Translations under genes and position numbers: made by a program
The notes under the pieces: model-generated
Seen by the model: only the letters and a program-made list of their open reading frames with translations
Told to the model about the DNA's origin: nothing
The model's database searches: none
Origin: Octopus sinensis
Taxonomy: Eukaryota
Length of the DNA: 64,000 nucleotides
NCBI RefSeq assembly: GCF_006345805.1
Contig: NC_043009.1
Coordinates: forward strand, 62,620,001-62,684,000
Reading direction: 5' to 3'
In this document: piece by piece, positions 22,376-32,745 of the stretch
How the letters are laid out: each line of letters starts with the position of its first letter
Position numbering within the stretch: the stretch's first letter is position 1

Positions 22376-23609
22376 AGCTAGATTAACACGCATACATGAA
22401 CTGGCCATATATTCACTTCGGAACAATCACTCACACCGACACAAACACAAATTATACGTACATACTGTGCACCAAATGCCACACTTGGAAAAATAACAGA
22501 AGCATACAGTGACTTATATTGGCAGGCGCACATACACACACAGCATTCATACTTCTGTTAAACAAGCCGGTCGTAATAAAAGCACTTTTAAATGTGACAT
22601 GGCGAAGTAATACACATCAATGACCGACCATACGTGAAATGTCGTAGAGACATGTCACACAAAATAAAAACAAAGGATTTAATGTATACCACCAATAAGG
22701 ATAATTATCTACCAGCTGAATAATTTATGATAATTGTTAATTATCTGCAAGTTAGCTAGTTAATTAAACTTGTGAACCTTAGAGCAGATTTAGTCCATAT
22801 TCACAGCTTTTATCTTCTAAAGATATTGCTGCCGTATTTTGGCCACTGATAGAATATGTCGACTTCTAGAAACATAAAAGATGGCAGTATGTGTTAAATA
22901 TTGCCTAACTGTCTTGAACAACCAATATAAAAGTCTTCTGAATATTTCTATTGTGTAATAAGCAGTTTAATTCCTGTTTACGCGTACACCTGATAGTGCT
23001 CTGTTGAACTAGTTATTCACTACTACTAACAATGTGTGATTCCGTGTGTATGTCTGAGTGTGGGGGGTTCTGTGTGTGTACATAATTTGACAGAAGCTTC
23101 CATTTTAATTTCTGTTTTAGATAGAAAGCAATATGTCAGTCAGTGTATTATTGGATCGCTTTCATTCTTTCTGACTCTCCTTCACCTCCCATCTCTGTCT
23201 TTCTGTTCCCCCTCTCTCTCTCAATCTCTCTCTCTCTCTCTCTCTGTCCTTCTCTTTCAAACACATTGCCAATATTGCAGATATTAATACACTCAGCCAA
23301 ACAAAACACTTCAAACAAAACACTTCTTCACTGACATTTTCTTAATGTATCACCAACTCAACCACCACCGCCTCCACCATCACAGTAAATTAGATTGCTG
23401 AAATGGCTTACAAGTAATAACCAGATGTGGAAACATCAACTGTGTTAGATCCTTTCTAACACTCAGAGGAAAGTTCACTTGATAATTTAGTCTTGAAAAC
23501 TTATGTAAAACGTGGAGAGCAGATGTGTTTTAAAGCATCTATGTCTGCAGGAAGTTCACAGCTACAACATAAAATACTCCAGTGTTGGCCTTGTTACATA
23601 CCACGTTGT

Positions 23610-23820
23610 TATCATCACCATCAACATCATTTTACGCTCGCTTTCCATGCCGACATGGGTTAGGCGGGTCAAGAATGTAGTCAGTTCTCGTTAAAATCTG
23701 CTGCTTTCATAGACTAGCGCCCGTACGTTTGTCATTTTGGTTTGGTTTCAACGGCCTCATATCCTTCCTATCACCAATCACTTTTACAGAGTGTACTTTG
23801 CGTATTTTTCGTGACACTAG
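23610..23820 (-). mobile_element. RTE 3'-UTR-derived repeat, old
   Basis: ATCATCACCATCAACATCATTTTACGCTCGCTTTCCATGCCGACATGGG...TTTACAGAGTGTAC. Confidence 0.6.
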
Positions 23821-23904
23821 ATCTAGAAAGTTTGTCATGTCCTTCGCGAAATAAAATTAAAGAGACTACTTGACCTAACACTTCGTTTCTTTGCTCTTTG
23901 CCTT

Positions 23905-24060
23905 ATATCGGTCATGTGGAACCAACGGCCTGCATGGATTTCTGAATGGCACGCCAAACGAACAGTTACCTCCATCTTTTTTTTTCTAGTAATGTGACCC
24001 ACCTGATGAGTCATGTCTGATGGGACCCGTTTCTCGAAAAAAATTACCCATACCAGCTTT
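23905..24060 (+). mobile_element. hAT/Charlie-like MITE-2
   Basis: GGCCTGCATGGATTTCTGAATGGCACGCC...GATGAGTCATGTC; homolog of 29305-29449. Confidence 0.55.
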
Positions 24061-24207
24061 ATATTAAGTACAGGGTGTATTTTTTTTCGTGGCACTAGCA
24101 GTAGAAGGTTCAAATCCTAGACTAAAAGGACCCTTCAATCCCACTTCTGCCCATTCTTTTAACTCACCCTAAAGACAGGGTGTTTTGTATGGAGTACTCA
24201 GTACTCT

Positions 24208-24482
24208 GTGGAGGCACATGGCCTAGTGGTTTGCAGACGAGGGATTGCGAGTCCGAATCTCAGATCGGGCGATATGTGTGTTTATGAGTGAAACACCTAA
24301 GCTCCACGCAGCTCCGGCAGAAGATAATGGCGAACTTCTGCTGACTCTTTCACCACAACTTTCTCTCACTCTTTCCTCCTCACCTGCGACGGACCAGCAT
24401 CCCGTCCAGGTGGGGAACCTATATGCCAAGGAAACCGGCCCTTATAAGCCAGGCTTGGCTCAAGAAGGAACAAACAACAACT
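24208..24482 (+). mobile_element. SINE group C, GAAGGAACAAACAAC-tail type
   Basis: GCACATGGCCTAGTGG head; AAACACCTAAGCTCCACGCAGCTCCGGCAG; CCCGTCCAGGTGGGGAACC. Confidence 0.85.
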
Positions 24483-25231
24483 CACTACTCTAAGACATAT
24501 ACTTTTATTTAGATAATGTCACCAAGGAAGGGAATAGGAGTCAGGGTGATGACAGCAGAAAGGCAAGAATGGGTAGATGAAAGGAGAAACAGTATGATGG
24601 TAGAGATGGGAGGGGTGTGGTGAGTAAGAGCAGAGGTAGACAACAGCAGGACGAGGCGATGCTTTTATGGAAATGGCATGCTTGGGTCTTCCGTATAAGC
24701 CTGTACAGACAGAGTTGGAGCATGGAGGAGAAGGCAAACTCAAGGTTCTGCTTAGGGCAGAACACACTTTAACTATGCCACTGATGACAATAGAAGTGAT
24801 CTAAAGAAGAGAGAGTAATGAATGGCAGTACAGAAAGAGCAAAATTAGAGTATACCGGGTATACCAGCTTTTACACAGTTTCTTATTCATAGCCTCAGTG
24901 GAGAGAGATTGAGGTAGAGTGATAAAGCTGATTCCTGTACCAGATTGAGATGACAAGGTGCAGTTGTTTGGACAACTGACAATTTGGGCACAACTGACCA
25001 GACATTCAGCATGGTTTAGTAACAGTAGTTTTTGGCACTGGAGGCAAACAGACACACACACACACAAATATATACATGCAGAAAGACAGGGAGAGGGAGA
25101 GAGTGAGAGAGATTACAATTCATCGGTTGAGCATGATTGACAGTACTTTTCTTCTAATTTACATAAAGAGAAATATACTCACACATAAACAGAGAGGGAG
25201 AGAGAGAGAAGAAGAAAAATATTAAAACATC

Positions 25232-25463
25232 TAATGTCAAATAAGTCAGCGTCGAATCAGTAATGTCAAATAAGTCAGCATCGAATCAGTAATGTCAAAT
25301 AAGTCAGCGTCGAATCAGTAATGTCAAATAAGTCAGCATCGAATCAGTAATGTCAAATAAGTCAGCATCGAATCAGTAATGTCAAATAAGTCAGCGTCGA
25401 ATCAGTAATGTCAAATAAGTCAGCATCGAATCAGTAATGTCAAATAAGTCAGCATCGAATCAG
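25232..25463. repeat. Young 29-bp minisatellite, 8 exact units
   Basis: TAATGTCAAATAAGTCAGC[G/A]TCGAATCAG x8 (232 bp); single variable site, order G,A,G,A,A,G,A,A. Confidence 0.97.
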
Positions 25464-25993
25464 TGCCAAAACAACTATGCCAAAATGGCTCAAATCTCTT
25501 TTATACCTAGATCTAGTGAAGGGTAGGAGAGGTAGAGTGCAATGGATGATAGAAGGAGTTAAGGCTCAGTGTATTTCATTTCTTATATAGTAACATGATT
25601 TAAAATTTGGAGGTAAAATATGAAGTTATGGTACCTCAGAAGCAGAGAATAATAAAATAAAATATTTCCTGTTTTCAAGCTTGCATGGGTTAAAAATGTC
25701 TGAGCAAGCTCAACCAGATAATGATGATGATTCCTGCATGTATTTTCCCAGCAGACTAATAACATAAATGAAGTGAATTAGTTATAATTAGATGATGCCA
25801 TGTCACCTTTATGGCTCTCCACTGGTTGAGAAAGGATCTAGTTTTTTACTGTTTACTTGTTTCGGTCATTGGACTACAGCCACGCTGAGGCACTGCTTTG
25901 TAGGGTTTCATCAAATAAAGTGATCCCAATACTAATCTGTTGTCAAGTGGTGGGGGTAAAAAAACAAAAACTCATCCCCACATATATATATAT

Positions 25994-26680
25994 AGGCACA
26001 GGAGTGGCTGTGTAGTAAGACGCTTGATTCCCAACCACATAACCCTGGGTTCAGTCCCACTGCATGGCAATTTGAGCGAGTGTCTTCTATTATAAACTCG
26101 GGCTGACCAAAGCCTTGTGAGTGAATTTAGTAGATGGAAACTGAAAGAAGCCTGTTGTATATGTGTGTCTGTGTCTGTGTTTGTCCCTCCACCATCGCTT
26201 GACGACCAATGTTGGTGTTACATGTTCATATCTATGTGTATGCGTACACATATCTATGCATACACACATTTATGTGTATACGTATATATGAATACATCCC
26301 CTCTATTAGTACTATTTTGTTAAGCGCAGTGTGTATCACTCCGCTATACATATACAGTTTGTAAACATGCCAAGTAAATAAGCACGTAGAATCATAATAA
26401 CGCCTTCAGTGAGTTGTTTATTGTCCCAACACAAACCGAAAGAATACATAACATGGCATGTTACACGTTCATATCTATGTGTATGCGAAGGTATATGTAT
26501 ATATGAACATGTAACAGTTGATGTGTCTACGTCCCTGTAACTTAGCAGATCAGCAAAAGAGATCAATAGAATAAGTACTAGGCTTGCAAAGAATAAGTCC
26601 TGGAGTCGATTTGTTCGACTAAAGGCAGTACTCCAGCATGGCCACAATCAAATGACTGAAACAAATAAAAGAATATATAT
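25994..26680 (+). mobile_element. SINE group A split by a 301-bp insertion
   Basis: Head at 25994; body breaks at 26215 and resumes at 26517; tail ends near 26675. Confidence 0.85.
26216..26516. mobile_element. TG...CA element with 16-bp TIRs and ~5-bp TSD (solo-LTR/TRIM-like or MITE)
   Basis: TGTTACATGTTCATAT ... ATATGAACATGTAACA; flanks GTTGG / GTTGA; internal 29-bp direct repeat at 26216 and 26459 (28/29). Confidence 0.7.
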
Positions 26681-27121
26681 ATATGTAAGTTCTGTCTACC
26701 AAATTCACTTACAAGGCATTCATCCGCCAAGAACAATAGAAAAACATACCCAAGGTGCAGCGCAGTAGAACTGAACCCAAAACTATGTGATTACAAAGAG
26801 CGCTTCTTAACCAAACAGTCATACTTTCACCCAAAGAATATGTTGTGTGATCTTCATTTAGGCAGAGATCTTATATATGGAAAGGTGAAAAATACACACA
26901 CACACATTTCTTGAGTTTCATTTTCCTGCAAATAAAATAAGAATTAATATATCTCTTGGTGAAGACATATCCATTCTGTGGCCATGTGACCCTCTTAATA
27001 TTCAGCCTTAACAGATTATAATCTCATATTTTCCTCATATTTACTTCAGAAATATCAGAGATTTAATCTGCTATCCATCTCATTACTTCGTCTGTATTAT
27101 TGTTTGATATTATGAAATCCA

Positions 27122-27529
27122 GTAAGGCAGCAAGCTGGCAGAAACATTACTATGTGGGTCAAAATGTTTAATGCCATTTCTTCATCTGTCTCTTTATGCC
27201 CTGGGTTCAAATTCTGCCCAGTTCGGATTTGGCTTTCATGCTTTAAGGATTGACAAATTATCGTTTCAGCCCTGGGGTCGATGTAATCAACTTGACCCTT
27301 CTCTCAGAATTGCTGGTCTTGTGCCAAAATTTTATAAAGGTGCAGGCATGAATGTGTGGTAAGGAGTTTACTTCCCAATCGCATGGTTCTGGGTTCAGTC
27401 TCACTGTGTGGCACCTTGGTCAAGTGTCTTCTACTATGGTTCGAAACCTAACAAAGCTTCAAGAGTGGATTAAACAGATGGAAACTGAAAGAAGTTCTAT
27501 CTGTCTGTCTATCTATCTATCTATTTATC

Positions 27530-27627
<98 letters not shown>

Positions 27628-27648
27628 ATATGTATGTATATACATACA

Positions 27649-27682
<34 letters not shown>

Positions 27683-27990
27683 CATATATACATATATACA
27701 TACATGTGAGTGGATTTGGTAGGTGGAAACTGAAAGAAGACCATCATGTGTATATTTGTGTGTGTGTGCATGTCCTTGTTTGTCCCCACCACCACTTGAC
27801 AGCCAGTGTCGGTGTGTTTATGTCCCCGTAACCTAGCAGTTCAACAACAGTAATCAACAAAATAAGTAGCAAGCCTTAAAATTTTTTAAATAAGTACTGA
27901 GGTCAATTTATTTGATTAAAATTCTTCCAGGAGGTGCCTCAGCATGGCCACAGTCTAATGACTGAAACAAGTAAAAGATAATAGATATAA
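27122..27990 (+). mobile_element. Old SINE B (27122-27340) abutting old SINE A (27337-27990) with an expanded internal microsatellite
   Basis: Both consensus motifs recognisable; (TATC)n(TA)n(TACA)n at 27500-27705. Confidence 0.75.
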
Positions 27991-28308
27991 GTGACAGGCT
28001 TCTAAGTTTTGCAAGACACTGGACAACCTAAACACTATGGTAGAAAATTCTTGCTCAAGGTGTCACACAGTGAGATTCAATCTAGAACTCTGTAGCTGTA
28101 ATTGTGAAATGGGTTTTCCTTAACCAAACAACCATAAAACAAACTGGAGAATGAAAAATATAAACATGGCAGCCACGTTTCATGCCAGACAGTATGATGG
28201 ATCTTGGCAACCACCACAACTGCATAGCATTAGGAAAACATGGCAGCCACACAACACCCTGGGGTATAACATGTTCTGCATGGCATAATAGTGTATTACA
28301 AGTGTGTT

Positions 28309-28693
28309 AAGGCAGCGAGCTGGCAGACACGTTAGCACGCCGGGCGAAATGCTTAGCAGTACTTCATCTGCCGCTATGTTCTGAGTTCAAATTCTGCCAA
28401 GGTCGACTTTGCCTTTCATCCTTTCGGGGTCGATTAAATAAGTATCAGTTACGCACTGGGGTCAATATAATCGACTTAATCTGTTTGTTCTCTCTGTGTT
28501 TAGCCCTTGTGGGTAGTAAAGAAATAGGTATTTCGTCTGCCATTATGTTCTGAGTTCAAATTCCGCCGAGGTTGACTTTGCCTTTCAACCTTTCAGGGTT
28601 ACGTACTGGGGTCGATGTAATCGACTTAATCCCCTTGTCTGTCCTTGTTTGTCCATTCTATGTTTAGCCCTTTGTGGGCAATAAAGAAATAAG
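28309..28693 (+). mobile_element. SINE group B, internally duplicated (dimeric) form, 15-bp TSD
   Basis: Head + core/tail + core/tail; ATAGTGTATTACAAG at 28288-28302 and 28694-28708, with 6 extra bases at the 5' junction. Confidence 0.9.
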
Positions 28694-29051
28694 ATAGTGT
28701 ATTACAAGGGAGGTATTGTAAAGGAGAAGCCTGTATGGAATAAAAGAGACACATTTGCCCTCATTAATGCTAAGAAAGAAAGTGGTATGAAATAAGGAGT
28801 CAATTGCAGGGACAGAGGGAGAGAGAGAGAGAAAGAAAATTTATTGAAGTTGACAATGGGACAGCCAAATGTGCAATTATGGATGTGAAGGCAGAGAAGT
28901 GAAGTGAAGCATGAGGGACAGTCCCTGAGGTGCTGGAAATACCTGGCAAAGTCGGTCATGTGTAAGTCACACACATAGTCAAACAGGAAGGTATTATAGT
29001 CAATGGTTAGTGGAGCAATACCGTCAAGTAACATAAAGAATTGCTCTAGAC

Positions 29052-29296
29052 CAGTGGTCCCCAAACTTTTTCTGGTTGGTGCCCCCTTGACACCCAGGCC
29101 ACATTCCTAGCACCTCCCCCCCACAACTAACCATCACAAACATAGACCTCTTTCTGAAACAAATTCAAAGCAACTGTATTTCACAAATAAAACTTAACCT
29201 AATGAACCCATTACTTTGTTGTTTTTATATGAATCACTACCCCACTTTTCTTCAAAGCCCCCAAGAGGGCAATACCACCCACTTTGAGAACCACTG
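29052..29296 (+). mobile_element. hAT/Charlie MITE-1
   Basis: CAGTGGTCCCCAAAC ... TTTGAGAACCACTG; 8-bp flanks CTCTAGAC / CTGTAGAT (Charlie nTCTAGAn target); homolog at 41752-42058. Confidence 0.8.
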
Positions 29297-29304
29297 CTGT
29301 AGAT

Positions 29305-29449
29305 CAGTCGTGGGAAACCTGTGGCCTGTGAGACTTTCTGAATGGCATACTAGTGAAAAATTAGCTTGAATATCTTTAGTAGTGCAGCTCACCTAATGAT
29401 AAGCCATGTGCCATGTGATCTGCTTCTCAAAAACAGTTGCTTATGCTTG
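29305..29449 (+). mobile_element. hAT/Charlie MITE-2 adjacent to MITE-1
   Basis: CAGTCGTGGGAAACC ... GTTGCTTATGCTTG; flanks CTGTAGAT / TTCTAGAG. Confidence 0.7.
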
Positions 29450-30364
29450 TTCTAGAGAAAGACAACTATAGATGTGTTATGTCGATAGACCAGGCTGTCA
29501 AAGTTACTGAGACATAACACAACTGATTAAGAAGAGAATTGGCCTCAACAAAATGCAGTTTAAATTTATGCCAGGACCACTTTTCTGATGTCTTCTTTCT
29601 AGTGAGACAACTGCAAGTACTTTGCTAGGAGTAAACCACTCTACTTGACTTTTGTGAACTGGAAAAAAGCCTTTGATAAGGTCCCATGATCTCTTCTTGT
29701 CTAGCAGTGGTTGCTAAAAATCTAGGAGCAAACAAATGGCTTGAGAGCCATGCAAGCCATGTTTGGAGATGCTGTCACTCCTTTTTCTATCAAGCAGCCT
29801 GTGCAACAAGGGATAACATTACATTGCATCTGTCCATATTCAATCCTCAACTAGCCATCACTTTTTTTTATATTGCTAGCCATTACACACACTCACACTT
29901 TCTCTTTCTTTCCCCCTCTCTCACAACCAATGACTCCCCCCACTCTCTCTCCCAATTACTCCTTACTTTTGTCATCCCTACCTTTATTGTTATCCACAAG
30001 TCTTTCATATTTACTCCCTCTTCTAAGGTGGAAAGCTGGCAGAGTTGTTAGAGTGTCAGGCAGAATGCTTAGTGCTGTTTCTTCTGACTCATTATGTTAA
30101 TACTATGTTCAGTGAAAAACTTTAACAGGTAGGCTGGTGCACCATTTTCAACCCCTTAATTTTATGATAACCTTCCAGGCCATAATAAAGGAGTTTAAGA
30201 CCAGTTGTCCACAGAACTTCCTATATACCACTGAGCTTATTCTCATAGTTAAATCAGTCAAAGACCTAAATTTTCCCAACTTAGAAGCAAATCTTAGAAT
30301 CAAGAAACTTCAAAGAAAACAAAGCAAAGATCAAAGATTTGGCTAGCAGTAAAGTTAGGACAAT

Positions 30365-30624
30365 GTGGGGGTGCATGGCTTAATGGTTAGGGTGTCAGCA
30401 TCATGATCGTAAGATTGTGGTTTCGATTCTTGGACCAGGCAAGGCATTGTGTTCTTGAGCAAAACACTTCATTTCATGTTGCTCCAGTCCTCTCAGCTGG
30501 CAAAAATGAGTAACGCTGCGATGGACTGGCGTCCCGTCCAGCTGGGGAACACATACGCCATTGAAACCGAGAAACTGGGCCCATGAGCCTGGTTAGACTT
30601 TAAAAGGGTGCATTTATTTATTTT
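30365..30624 (+). mobile_element. SINE group C (ATTT-tail type) with 15-bp TSD
   Basis: TAAAGTTAGGACAAT at 30350-30364 and 30625-30639; A and B boxes present. Confidence 0.9.
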
Positions 30625-31215
30625 TAAAGTTAGGACAATACTGTGTTCAACAAAAAGTGGCCAAACTTGATATGCAGAAAAGGAATCAGCTGGATTCCAT
30701 ACAACATATGTACTGAGCATTTTCATTGCACCCCCAAACAAAAAAATCTTTAGGGTTTGCGTTTGCACCCCCTATTTCCACGCTTATGAATACTCAATAA
30801 CAACAACAATACTCACTGTCCATGTAATATATTTTCTCTGCTGTTGAAGCAATACTTTATCAGTTTTCTGTATTTATGTTCATCCACCATCCTCACACCT
30901 ATCTCCCTAATTTTAGAATGGCTCCAACTTCATTAGTAACCCCATCATATAGTTAATATATACACTATCGGTTATAATTCTTTTGAACTCACTGCAAACA
31001 TGACATATTCATTAGTATCACAAAAGTAACAGGATATTTTAGATTTTATTCACACAGTTCTGACACTTTAGCAAACCATTTTCACTGCTCCAATTAATCT
31101 TTACCTGAATAACCTCAAGCACACACACACACATATTGTGTGTGTGTGTGTGTGTATATAAAGAGAGATTTGGTGATGCAAACAGGAAAAATGTATCTCT
31201 CTCTCTCTCTATCTA

Positions 31216-31655
<440 letters not shown>

Positions 31656-31656
31656 A

Positions 31657-31980
31657 GGCGCTTGGCTCAGTGCTTTCATCATCGAGCTTGAGATTGTGAG
31701 TTCGATTCCCGAACCGGGCTGCGTATTGTTTTCTTGAGAAAGACACTTTATTTCACGTTGCTCCAGTTCCCTCAGCTGTAGAAATGAGTTGCGACATCAC
31801 TGGTGCCAAGCTGTATCAGCCCCTTTGCCTTTCCCATGGATAACATCGGTGGTGTGGAGAAGGGAGGCTGGTATGCATGGACGATTGCTGGTCTTCCATA
31901 AAAACAACCCTAAGTTGTGCGTTCGCCGGTGAAGCAACTCTCTGCTCAGATTTGTACCCCGGAGAACTTCGTGACCAACG
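31657..31980 (+). mobile_element. SINE group C variant, head-to-head with SINE A
   Basis: B-box GTTCGATTCCCG; CTTGAGAAAGACACTTTATTTCACGTTGCTCCAG; distinct tail ending GTGACCAACGGAGTC. Confidence 0.75.
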
Positions 31981-32023
31981 GAGTCAAGTTATATATATGT
32001 ACATGTGTGTGTGTGTGTGTATA

Positions 32024-32322
32024 TGGTAATTGTTGCCTCAATTTCCGTTTCACCTGCATCCACATACTTTCCACATTTTGTGTGTGGGACGTCTTGATCA
32101 TGAGGATCAACAAAATGTTGGTGTATAATCACATCGTGCCGTGTAGGCACCACCATTGAGGATACCCATGTTATTATATGCTCGCCATCCATCGCTGACT
32201 GTGTGAGACCCAGGCAAAACCCATCTTTGTATTAATTAGTTCAGTTAAAAGTTTCTTCTCTGCGGTCAGGTAGTTCAACGCAAAAGCACTTTCTTGAGAC
32301 TCTCTATGCCACCGAATACCCT
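32024..32322 (-). pseudogene. Merlin (IS1016/ISXO2-like) DDE transposase fragment
   Basis: Joining frameshifts gives VFGGIE..KKCFCVELPDRREET..LIQRWVLPGSHTVSDGWRAYNNMGILNGGAYTHDVIIHQHFVDPHDQDVHTQNVESMWMQVKRKLRQQ, i.e. the ISXO2/Merlin SDGW, FVDP and HTQNIE.MW motifs. Confidence 0.85.
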
Positions 32323-32569
32323 ATGTCCCTTTGCTTCTTTTACTACTTATCTCCCCCTTATTTACCCTTTTTTTTTATTTAACTAAACCAAACAATTACC
32401 TAAATATATATATATGTATATATCTTTATGCATGGTTAAATTTACTGCATGAGACATCAAACTATTATCTAATTTACTCGGGTGTCCATTCATTCTTCAT
32501 CACGAACTTGTTTATAGTTTCAAATAAGTAGATTCTGCAATATTTCTCCCACCCCTTTCTACAAGAAGG

Positions 32570-32745
32570 GGACTAGTTGATTACACTGACCCCAGTGCTC
32601 AACTGGTACCTATTTTATTGACCCTGAAAAGATGAAAGGCAAAGTCGCTCCCCTTACAACTTGACCTCAGAATGTAAAAGCAGAATTAAATGCCGCAAAG
32701 CATTTTGTCCAGCGTGTTAATGATTCTGCCGGCTTGCCACCTGCA
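32570..32745 (-). mobile_element. SINE group B, old copy
   Basis: GACCCCAGTGC...GATGAAAGGCAAAGTCG...GATTCTGCCGGCTTGCCACCT. Confidence 0.75.

Larger units (their letters stand above)
28880..30720 (+). mobile_element. Highly degenerate RTE LINE RT with nested insertions
   Basis: EVLEIPGKVGHV*VTHIV; DNYR...DQAVKVTE; LVRQLQ; KPLYLTFVNWKKAFDKVP; FQAIIKEFKTSCPQNFLYTTEL (cf. LQAITEEFKTGCPWELLYADDL); KWPNLICRKG. Confidence 0.75.

Noticed and set aside
21890-22496. 178-aa and 199-aa repetitive ORFs
   Set aside because: Translations of a CT-based minisatellite on both strands.
25232-25463. CRISPR array
   Set aside because: Units are contiguous with no unique spacers, there are no cas genes, and the context is eukaryotic.
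32152-32171. MS2 operator-like hairpin (CATTGAGGATACCCATG)
   Set aside because: Imperfect and lies inside Merlin transposase coding sequence; coincidence.
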